Shown piece by piece: positions 26,866-34,768 of a stretch of DNA of 64,000 nt. Origin of the DNA: Methylacidimicrobium fagopyrum. GTDB lineage: Bacteria > Verrucomicrobiota > Verrucomicrobiia > Limisphaerales > UBA11358. The DNA lies in NCBI GenBank assembly GCA_026225255.1, contig JAMFSJ010000018.1, positions 2,934 to 66,933 of the forward strand, read 5' to 3'. The translations under genes and the position numbers were made by a program. The notes beneath the pieces are model-generated. The model was not told where the DNA came from. It ran no database searches and worked only from the letters and a program-made list of their open reading frames with translations. Every line of letters begins with the position of its first letter. Position 1 is the stretch's first letter.

Positions 26866-29793
26866 ATTTTTTAGCGGCACGGTCAGGCGCGCCACGGTTC
26901 CGCCATAAGCACCGGGCTTGATTTCGAATTCGCCCGACACATCGGCGAGGCGTTTGCGCATGTTTTTTAATCCGTTCCGCAATTTTTTAGCGGAGACGTC
27001 GCCGAGACCGCGGCCGTTATCTTCGACGCTCAAAATAAATTGTTCCGGTTCGAGCCGCAAGCGCACGCGCGCCTCGGTCGCTTGCGCGTGTTTGACGACG
27101 TTATTCACGGCTTCTTTGAATGCGAGAAAAACATTGTGCCGCACTTCGGGTAGAATGGGCGTCGCGGGCAGGTCGGCCGGCAGGTCGGCGCGGAAACTTA
27201 TGTTCGCCAGCGCAAAATAATCTTGCGCGTATTTGCACGCGTAGTTCGCCAGCCCTTCGAGCGTGTCGTTGGACGGATTGACGGCCCAAACAATTTCATC
27301 GAGCGAACGGGTCGTTTCCCGGGCGGTTTCGCAGATTTGCTGCGCGTGTTGCTCGACTTCTTCCGGTAAATTTTTATCCATCTCGGCCATCTCACCGAGC
27401 AACGTGACTTGCGTGAGGTTCGCGCCGAGTTGATCGTGCAGATCGCGGGCGATGCGGGCGCGTTCGTGTTCGATCAATTCTTTTTGGTGCAACGCGCGCA
27501 CTTCGCGTTTCAGTTTCGCGGTTGAAATCAGGTAAATAATTCCCGCGAGCACGCCCAGCAGGACGAGCGTGGCCACGATCAAAAATGTTTTCGTGCGCCA
27601 GAACGGCGGTTGCACGATGATCGTCAACCACGCGCCTTCATTGTTCCAAATGCCGTCTTCGTTGCAGGCGATGACGTGAAAACGATACGTGTTGGGTTGC
27701 AGTTTAGAGATATGTGCCACGCGTTCGCCGCCGATGTCGGTGAATTTTTCGTCACGCCCGAGGAGTTGATATTTGAAACTCACGGCGAGCTGCGCGCGTT
27801 GTTTGGGGGCGGAGAAATTCAGCGCGGTAAAATGGATATCCAACTGTTCATTCTCCGGCGCGAGGGTGATCGCGTTCGGCCACGCAGGACTCAGTGGATT
27901 ATCCTTTTGCGGCACATCGTCCACGAGCACGGACTCAATGATGACCGGCGGCGGATTGGTATCCAGCTTCAAATCCGCCGGGTTCACCACGACCAAACCT
28001 TGGATGGTGGGGAACCAAAGTTTACCGTCGCGGGCGCGGATGGCGGCGGGTTGCGCGCCGACGGAACATTCGTGCGCCAGAAAAACGCGGCTGGAGATTT
28101 TTTTAATTTTATCGGCGGCGAAATCGGCGAGCGACTTTTTCTCGACGCGCATCAACCCTTCATAGGAACCGAGCCACAAATTTTCAAAATCGTCTTCGAT
28201 GACATAGCCGATGTCGTCGCTGGCGAGGCCGTCGCGCGAACCGTAAGTCGTCCACTGTCCTTGCGATAAACGCGCGAGACCGTGACCGGAAGTGCCGACC
28301 CACAGCGTATCGTCGCGGTCTACAAGCAGGCAGGAAATATCTTTGACGGGTGCGTTGGCGGGAGAGATTTTTCCGGCGCGCAACGAAAACAATCCGCCGC
28401 CTTCAGTGCCGATCCACAGAGCTCCATTCGTGCTTTCGGCGAGGGCGCGGATGGCATTCGGGGGCAAGCCATTGGCGGCGTTGAAAAAATTCCAGCCTTC
28501 GTGGACGTAACTGGCGAGTCCGTTTTGACCACCGATCCATAATTTTCCGTCGCGGCTTTGCAAGAGAGCGTTGATGGGCGAACCGATGATTTGCGCTTCG
28601 ATGACCGGTTGAAAACTGTCGGTAATAAAGCGGAACAGCCCTTGATCGCGCGAGCCCGCCCAGACTTGTTGTTGCTGGTCTACGAGCACCGCCGAGGCGT
28701 TATTGGCGCGGCCAATAATAAAACTGCGACTGGAATTGGTGCGCGCATAGGTAAGGCTGCCCTTGGTCAAATCGCCGGTGTTGAACGTGCCCCAAAAACC
28801 ACCATCGGCATCTTCGGCCGCGGACATCGCGGTGGTATGATCGGGAAATCCCGCGGGCGCAGTGAAATAATTTTTCTGCACGCGATCCAGGCCGCCCCCA
28901 TCCGTGCCGACCCAGAGATTGCCTTCGCGATCAAAACACAGGGAAAGCACATAGGCGCTGGAGAGACCTTCGTGCGTGGAAATTTGCCGCCAACCGCCCG
29001 CCGCATCGCCCCAATAAACGCCGGAACCGCGCGTGCCGACGATGAGGTTGCCTTCGTGATCCTCACAGGTGGCAGAAATACTGGCGTCAAACGAAGCCGA
29101 GAAGGCGGCCGAGATGGAATTAGCCAGCCAGGGAAACGCACCTAAATCTTTTTCCGGTTGGTCGTCATGCCATATTCCAACATGGCCATTTTCCAAATGC
29201 CAAAATTCGCCCAAATGCCCGTGGGGCAGGATGACATGATAGGCGCGGCGAAAGAGTTGGTTTCGCAAAGCGGGTGAAACGGGCGGGTTCAAATCCAACG
29301 CCCCGCCTTGCCCGTAAAAAAAACGCCCATTTTCCATGCAAAACCAGATGCCTTTCGCTTCATCTTCGTAGGCGTAAATAATTTTTCCGCCGGTGTCGCC
29401 GGGGTTGAGATTTTTCAAGACGCCATTTTGGATGGCGCACAGGCCGGCATTATCCGTGCCCACCCATAAGACATTGCGACTGTCTTCAAACAAGAAAATG
29501 ACCCGGTCACTGGGCAAACCGGGCGTGGTGTTGACATTGAAATGGGTAAAAGTATTGCCGTCGAATCGCACCAAACCGTTGAGCGTGCCAAACCAGAGAT
29601 AGCCTTCGTGGGTTTGCAGAATGGAAAAAACGGAGCTTTGATGCAACCCGTCTTCAGTCGTCCACGCGTCCACGATGAAGGGCGCATCCGCCGCGCGCAA
29701 CGGTGACGCCAACGCCAGGGTTAGCCAGGCCAGAATGATGTGCAGGTGCCGTTTCAAATGTTCGGGCAGCATACTCAGAGATATGCTTAACAT
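26860..29793 (-). CDS. sensor histidine kinase with periplasmic beta-propeller/Y_Y_Y-type sensor and HisKA_3/HATPase core
   Basis: 977 aa with a signal/TM segment and many propeller-like repeats (LWVGT, LWIGT, WFGT). After a TM helix come the H-box RARIARDLHDQLGANL and a C-terminal ATPase domain. Confidence 0.9.
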   Translation of the reverse strand: MLSISLSMLPEHLKRHLHIILAWLTLALASPLRAADAPFIVDAWTTEDGLHQSSVFSILQTHEGYLWFGTLNGLVRFDGNTFTHFNVNTTPGLPSDRVIFLFEDSRNVLWVGTDNAGLCAIQNGVLKNLNPGDTGGKIIYAYEDEAKGIWFCMENGRFFYGQGGALDLNPPVSPALRNQLFRRAYHVILPHGHLGEFWHLENGHVGIWHDDQPEKDLGAFPWLANSISAAFSASFDASISATCEDHEGNLIVGTRGSGVYWGDAAGGWRQISTHEGLSSAYVLSLCFDREGNLWVGTDGGGLDRVQKNYFTAPAGFPDHTTAMSAAEDADGGFWGTFNTGDLTKGSLTYARTNSSRSFIIGRANNASAVLVDQQQQVWAGSRDQGLFRFITDSFQPVIEAQIIGSPINALLQSRDGKLWIGGQNGLASYVHEGWNFFNAANGLPPNAIRALAESTNGALWIGTEGGGLFSLRAGKISPANAPVKDISCLLVDRDDTLWVGTSGHGLARLSQGQWTTYGSRDGLASDDIGYVIEDDFENLWLGSYEGLMRVEKKSLADFAADKIKKISSRVFLAHECSVGAQPAAIRARDGKLWFPTIQGLVVVNPADLKLDTNPPPVIIESVLVDDVPQKDNPLSPAWPNAITLAPENEQLDIHFTALNFSAPKQRAQLAVSFKYQLLGRDEKFTDIGGERVAHISKLQPNTYRFHVIACNEDGIWNNEGAWLTIIVQPPFWRTKTFLIVATLVLLGVLAGIIYLISTAKLKREVRALHQKELIEHERARIARDLHDQLGANLTQVTLLGEMAEMDKNLPEEVEQHAQQICETARETTRSLDEIVWAVNPSNDTLEGLANYACKYAQDYFALANISFRADLPADLPATPILPEVRHNVFLAFKEAVNNVVKHAQATEARVRLRLEPEQFILSVEDNGRGLGDVSAKKLRNGLKNMRKRLADVSGEFEIKPGAYGGTVARLTVPLKNK

Positions 29794-29893
29794 AAATAAT
29801 TTTCAAAAACCACTTGCAGGTGGCATGGGATGAGCTAGGTTTTTTATGCCCCTGAGAACGGGCGCTCCGTTTTTCCTGTCGAAAGACGGTCCG

Positions 29894-29956
29894 ACGGATC
29901 GGCGACAGTTAGAAACAACCTTACTGTGTGCAACGCCGATCCGTTTTTTATTTTTT
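29894..29956 (+). terminator. strong plus-strand intrinsic terminator with no plus-strand gene upstream
   Basis: ACGGATCGGCG (29894-29904) pairs with CGCCGATCCGT (29934-29944). There is an inner ACAGT/ACTGT stem, followed by TTTTTTATTTTTT. Confidence 0.55.
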
Positions 29957-29982
29957 GGTGACACCCGCGCTCCGTCCCAGAC

Positions 29983-31092
29983 TCAACGAAAAAACACCGC
30001 CGTAACAATTTTGGGGCCGAAGAAGACCCAGATCAAGGCGGCGAGCGCGATGTAAGGCCCATAAGGCATGCGCGAGGACCATTCGCGTTTTCGCAGCACG
30101 ATCAAAAGGATGCCGACGGCGGCACCGATCATCGAACTCGCCATCAACGAAAATAGCGCGCCTTGCCAGCCGATGAAGGCGCCGATCGCGCCCATGAATT
30201 TCACATCGCCCAAACCCATCGCCTCGCGCGGCAAAATGATTTCCGAACATTCGACTTCCAAGTGCGGCACATCGTCGGGATTGAGTTTTTCATCACCAAT
30301 CTGCAAAGCCGAAGGTGATAGGCGCACGGACACGTCTTTATAAACGCGATCCACAAGTTCTACAAACTGCGCGTGCAGAATGATCGTATCCGTCTTGCGA
30401 TAAAAGATATCTTCGTAGGGAATTTCCTTATCCGGCAGGCACAACATGGTTTCCGTGAAGACAATTTTGGTCGCCGCTGGCAACGGGATTTTTTGTTGGC
30501 CGAACAATAATTTCCCCAGCCGCAAAATCGCATAGACGATGCCCGCCCCAACGACAATGCCCAGAAAACCTTGCACAAAACCTTCGGGATGCGTGGGCAC
30601 GCCGTGCAAACGCGGCAGCAAAATCGAGATCAGCAAACCGACGGCCATGCCGCCGAAGGTGATTTCGTCTGGGATGATGAAATGTTCAAAATCAATAAAC
30701 GTCGCCACGATGAGTCCGGCGCAAAACAGCGAAAACACGAGCGCCACCCACGGCGAAAGGTGGCCGAACGTCAGCCAACAACTTAGGAACAGCACGCCCG
30801 TCAATAATTCCACGATGAAATAACGCGCGGAAATTGGCGCGGCGCAATTTTTGCAACGTCCGCGCAGCACCAGCCACGTCACCAACGGAATATTCAGGTA
30901 AAATGGAATGGAATACTTGCAATGCGGACAATGCGACGGCGGCATGACAACGCTCAAGTCCAGTGGCATCCGGTAAATACACACGTTTAAAAAACTGCCG
31001 ACGATACAGCCGAAGGCAAAGAAACACAGCGACCAGAAATGAAACGGCACCAGTTCCCAGTTGTGCGCGTTAAAGATTGCGTCAATGCCCAT
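29983..31092 (-). CDS. pilD: prepilin peptidase (A24 family) with a large cytoplasmic-loop insertion
   Basis: 369 aa with the N-terminal Cys motif CPHC...CKNC. First Asp region FIIPDE, second Asp region GLGDVKF. About 93 extra residues separate LGKLLFG from REAMGLGDVKF. Confidence 0.85.
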   Translation of the reverse strand: MGIDAIFNAHNWELVPFHFWSLCFFAFGCIVGSFLNVCIYRMPLDLSVVMPPSHCPHCKYSIPFYLNIPLVTWLVLRGRCKNCAAPISARYFIVELLTGVLFLSCWLTFGHLSPWVALVFSLFCAGLIVATFIDFEHFIIPDEITFGGMAVGLLISILLPRLHGVPTHPEGFVQGFLGIVVGAGIVYAILRLGKLLFGQQKIPLPAATKIVFTETMLCLPDKEIPYEDIFYRKTDTIILHAQFVELVDRVYKDVSVRLSPSALQIGDEKLNPDDVPHLEVECSEIILPREAMGLGDVKFMGAIGAFIGWQGALFSLMASSMIGAAVGILLIVLRKREWSSRMPYGPYIALAALIWVFFGPKIVTAVFFR

Positions 31093-32011
31093 AAATATTT
31101 TGTTCCAATGCGCGGCGCATTATGTCAATCGGCGGAGTTTTGCCCGTCCAAATTTCAAAAGCTTTTGCGCCCTGATGCAGCAACATGCCGAGACCGTTTG
31201 CTGTTTTGCAACCGGCCTTTTTTGCGGCTGCCAGAAATTTAGTTTCCGCCGGACGATAAATAATATCGTAAACGGCATGGGATGGCTTTAACGGAAACAC
31301 CTGTTCGTTCAAAGGTGAAGCGTCATCTTGGTGCAAGCCGAGCGACGTTGCATTCACGATCAGATCGGCTTCCGTCTGCGGATAGTCCAAGCCAACATGC
31401 ACGGAAGGAAAATTCTTACGAATGGCCGCCTGAATTTCTAACGTCTTTGAAAAAGTCCGGTTTACCAAAAAAAGCTGGGCCACATTTTCCGCCGCTAGTT
31501 TTAGTGCGATTGAACGCCCGGCTCCACCAGCACCAAGCAATAAAACTCTTTTGCCGCGTAATTCAAATTTCAAATCTTCACGCAAGGAACAGGCCAGACC
31601 ATCAGCATCGGTATTAAATCCAACCGACCGGATTTCAATGGGTGATTCTTTTTCAAACAAGCGCAATGGCAACCAATCACTATTGGTGGATCGGCCTTCA
31701 AAACGAATGACGTTCACCGCGCCCCAGACTTTGGCGGATTCGTCGAGGACATCCATCATGTCCATCGCGAGCAGCTTGTGCGGCACGGTCAGATTCAAGC
31801 CGGCGAAACCGAAGGCCTTGGCGCCATCAATGGCGGCGCGGAGATTTTCCGGCTGCACTTCAAACGCCAGATAACGCCAGTTCAAACCAAGTGCGGCAAA
31901 CGCGGCGTTGTGCATCGCGGGCGACGCGGAGTGGCGGATGGGCGAACCGAGCACCGCGCAGAGGCGGGTGCTGGCATTGATCGCAGTTGAAACCGTTTGT
32001 GACACGCGCAA
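31082..32011 (-). CDS. aroE: shikimate dehydrogenase
   Basis: 309 aa with motifs SPIRHSASPAMHNAAF, NLTVPHK and GAGGAGRS. Its stop overlaps the pilD start by 11 nt. Confidence 0.9.
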   Translation of the reverse strand: MRVSQTVSTAINASTRLCAVLGSPIRHSASPAMHNAAFAALGLNWRYLAFEVQPENLRAAIDGAKAFGFAGLNLTVPHKLLAMDMMDVLDESAKVWGAVNVIRFEGRSTNSDWLPLRLFEKESPIEIRSVGFNTDADGLACSLREDLKFELRGKRVLLLGAGGAGRSIALKLAAENVAQLFLVNRTFSKTLEIQAAIRKNFPSVHVGLDYPQTEADLIVNATSLGLHQDDASPLNEQVFPLKPSHAVYDIIYRPAETKFLAAAKKAGCKTANGLGMLLHQGAKAFEIWTGKTPPIDIMRRALEQNIYGH

Positions 32012-32082
32012 TTTATACGCGGCAACGGTGCGGGTTCAAAGCGTAAAGTCCAGACCGGCGAAGGAAATGAACAGTCTCATTT

Positions 32083-32292
32083 TCACTTTGTGCCATTGGT
32101 ATAGGGAGTAGCTGAAACGATAATTGGATGATCGATTCGTTTCGGCGATAATTTAATAATCGTTACCCTCTTACTTTTCCACTGATTTGAATCATCATCG
32201 TCCGAACCTGAACCAACCGCTGTGCCGCGCGGTGGACGTGGCGGTGGTGGCATGGCACCTGATGGTTTAGGCTCTGGTTTCGATTCACTCAC
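32083..32292 (-). CDS. hypothetical Pro-rich small protein (doubtful)
   Basis: 69-aa ORF with a GTG start, no clear SD, and a low-complexity PPPPRPPR / DDDD region. It lies in the AT-richer islet. Confidence 0.25.
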   Translation of the reverse strand: MSESKPEPKPSGAMPPPPRPPRGTAVGSGSDDDDSNQWKSKRVTIIKLSPKRIDHPIIVSATPYTNGTK

Positions 32293-32369
32293 AATCTGAA
32301 CCTACGCCCTGGATTTCATAACCACAAATTTAAAAAAATTCAAAACCCAAAGCCCGACGAGTGAGAATA

Positions 32370-32777
32370 TCAACCGGTTGATTTTTGCAGGGCTTTGAGG
32401 ATTGAATCCAATTGCTTTTCTTCAATGTCTGTCGCCGTTCCGGCTGCGATGTGACCGGCGATGCTGCGTAAAACATGAGCTTGGTCAGCCGCCATTTTGG
32501 GAGATAATTCAGTCACAAAATCGCGCGCAATAGCGGCAAAAGTATTCCCGTTATAAAAGCAAAACGGTGCGAGACGATGACACTGCTGGCAAACATTGAA
32601 CGCCGCGGACAACGCCAGATTGGTAAATTGATTTTTCTCCCAAAGAGTTTTGGCAGGCAGATGTCCGTCGGAAGTGGGTTTATGTAACGCATTCTTTTGC
32701 CGGCAAAGGCCGCGATTAATTTCAGTCACCAAGGCCCAGTCGAATGCTTCCAACCATGGCTTGATGAGGTGCGACAT
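32370..32777 (-). CDS. hypothetical all-alpha protein (weak Doc/Fic-like or HEPN-like features)
   Basis: 135-aa ORF with an ATG start preceded by GGAGGT (32781-32786). Contains FCFYNGNTFAAIA and RSIAGH motifs; see the finding for this locus. Confidence 0.55.
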   Translation of the reverse strand: MSHLIKPWLEAFDWALVTEINRGLCRQKNALHKPTSDGHLPAKTLWEKNQFTNLALSAAFNVCQQCHRLAPFCFYNGNTFAAIARDFVTELSPKMAADQAHVLRSIAGHIAAGTATDIEEKQLDSILKALQKSTG

Positions 32778-32786
32778 CGAACCTCC

Positions 32787-32960
32787 TTAACGAGCGGCGG
32801 ATTTTTTCAGACCGGCTTTGATACGCTGCAACGTTTCGACGCCTTCGCTTTTAAGATAACCCTTGCCCGTGCGCGCCAAAACCGGTTCGGCGGCAAAACG
32901 GTCTTGAATGCGGAGCGCATCTTTCATGATCCGTTTTAAGCGTTTCTGCGTTTCATTCAC
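32787..32960 (-). CDS. small ORF (57 aa) immediately upstream of the 135-aa gene; antitoxin-like position
   Basis: Translated by hand: VNETQKRLKRIMKDALRIQDRFAAEPVLARTGKGYLKSEGVETLQRIKAGLKKSAAR. It has a GTG start at 32960 (an internal ATG is also possible). Its stop lies 9 nt before the next start codon. It is below the ORF-track length cutoff. Confidence 0.35.
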   Translation of the reverse strand: MNETQKRLKRIMKDALRIQDRFAAEPVLARTGKGYLKSEGVETLQRIKAGLKKSAAR

Positions 32961-33063
32961 ATATTGAAACTAAGCCCTTCATTCTATAATCGCAAATTCA
33001 AAAATCCGGCGTCATCCGAATCTCATAATTGCCCTGACGCGGTTCCACGCGTAGCATGGGCCT

Positions 33064-34581
33064 GTGAAATCAAAAGGTTCAGTTTATTTAGTCGGCGCCG
33101 GTCCGGGCGATGCGGGGCTGTTGACGTTGCGCGGCGCAGAGTTGCTCCGCAGCGCGGAAGTGGTCATTTATGATCTGCTCGTAAATCCGGCGTTGCTGCG
33201 CTTGGCGTCGCCGACAGCAGAATTAATTTCGCGCGGCAAACGCACGGATTTTTCGCAGGAACAGATCACGGAATTGCTCATCGCCAAGGCGCGCGAAGGC
33301 AAAATGGTCGTGCGGCTCAAGGGAGGCGATCCGTATATTTTCGGACGCGGCGGCGAAGAAGCCGAAGCGCTCGCGGCGGCGAAAATTCATTTCGAAGTCG
33401 TGCCCGGCGTCTCGTCTGTCGTGGCCGCGCCGAATTATGCAGGCATTCCACTGACGCATCGCGATCATTGTTCGAGCTTCACGGTTTTCACCGGCCACGA
33501 TAATCCGGACGATGACAAAATCCATTTGCGTTACGAGGAGATCGCGAAAATTCCCGGCACGAAAGTCGTTTTGATGGGCATGGAAAAATTGGCGGAGTGG
33601 ACGAAGTCGCTCATCGCGCACGGCATGCCGCCGGAAACGCCGATAGCTGTCATCCAATCCGGCACGCTGGGTAAACAAAAATCCGTGGCCGGCACGCTGG
33701 CAACCATCGCTAAATTAGCGGCGGAGAAAAAAATTGTTCCGCCAGCGTTGACGATAATCGGTGACGTGGTGACTTTGCGCGAAAAATTAAATTGGGCGGA
33801 GCGCCGTCCGTTGTTCGGTCAGCGAATTGTCGTCACACGCCGCGCGGAACAGGCCAGCCAGTTTGCGCAACGACTGAGCCAACTCGGCGCGGACGTCCTG
33901 GAATTGCCGACGATCAAGCTCACCACGCCGACGCAAAAAGATGCGATCATCGATTGCCTGATGGAATTAAATTCCTACGATTGGCTGGTTTTCACGAGCG
34001 CGAATGGCGTGACGGCGTTCTTCGATATTTTCTTTCGTCGTTTTCAAGATTTGCGCGATATCGGCGGCGCGCACATCGCGGCGGTCGGTCCCGCGACGGC
34101 GGCGAAGTTGCGCGAATTGCATTTGCAGGTGGATTTGGCGCCGGAAGAATTTACCGCGCGCAAAGTCGCCGAGGCGTTCAAAAAATATCAGAACATTGAT
34201 AATGTGAAGATGTGCCTGCTGCGCGCCGAAGTCGCGAACCGGGAATTGCCCGAGGCGCTCACGGAAATGGGCGCCATCGTGGATGACATCGCCATCTACA
34301 AAACCGTGGTGGAAACAGAAGACCCGACGGGTGCAAACGAACGCCTGCTCGAAACGGGCGCGGATTGGGTGACGTTCACGAGCAGTTCGACGGTGGAACA
34401 TTTTCACGCTCGTTTCGATCTGCCGAAGTTGGTAAAAAAATTTCCCAGACTAAAGCTTGCCTCCATCGGCCCGGAGACGACCAAAGCCATTGCCAAGCTG
34501 AATTTGAAACCGACGCTGGAAGCGAAAGAACACACGACGGAAGGTTTGATCGCGGCACTTTTGAAGGCGAACAAGGGCTGA
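33064..34581 (+). CDS. cobA: uroporphyrinogen-III C-methyltransferase / uroporphyrinogen-III synthase fusion
   Basis: 505 aa with a GTG start. The N-terminal half is SUMT-like (VYLVGAGPGDAGLLTLRG) and the C-terminal half is HemD-like. Confidence 0.9.
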   Translation: MKSKGSVYLVGAGPGDAGLLTLRGAELLRSAEVVIYDLLVNPALLRLASPTAELISRGKRTDFSQEQITELLIAKAREGKMVVRLKGGDPYIFGRGGEEAEALAAAKIHFEVVPGVSSVVAAPNYAGIPLTHRDHCSSFTVFTGHDNPDDDKIHLRYEEIAKIPGTKVVLMGMEKLAEWTKSLIAHGMPPETPIAVIQSGTLGKQKSVAGTLATIAKLAAEKKIVPPALTIIGDVVTLREKLNWAERRPLFGQRIVVTRRAEQASQFAQRLSQLGADVLELPTIKLTTPTQKDAIIDCLMELNSYDWLVFTSANGVTAFFDIFFRRFQDLRDIGGAHIAAVGPATAAKLRELHLQVDLAPEEFTARKVAEAFKKYQNIDNVKMCLLRAEVANRELPEALTEMGAIVDDIAIYKTVVETEDPTGANERLLETGADWVTFTSSSTVEHFHARFDLPKLVKKFPRLKLASIGPETTKAIAKLNLKPTLEAKEHTTEGLIAALLKANKG

Positions 34582-34591
34582 TCTCTTATCA

Positions 34592-34644
34592 ATAAAGAAG
34601 GCAGGAAATGAGGAATTCAATTCCTGATTTCCTGCTTTCTTTAT
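34592..34644. repeat. solitary 26-bp-arm hairpin of the AATAAGGAAGGCAGGAAA family
   Basis: ATAAAGAAGGCAGGAAATGAGGAATT-c-AATTCCTGATTTCCTGCTTTCTTTAT, with 24 of 26 positions paired. It starts 11 nt after the cobA-hemD stop. Confidence 0.85.
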
Positions 34645-34768
34645 ACAGCGCTGCGCCATCTCAACCATCACCGCTCCTCCCGGCGACTGAGAAAATCACC
34701 TAACCACTTTTGGCGATTTAAGCAGGAACACTTTCCGGTTAACTTTTGGCATCGCCTAAAGTTTCTGA

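Noticed and set aside
32961-33063. Cobalamin or other riboswitch upstream of cobA-hemD
   Set aside because: I found no B12-box-like sequence or extended conserved helices in the 100-nt leader. A covariance-model scan would be the decisive test.
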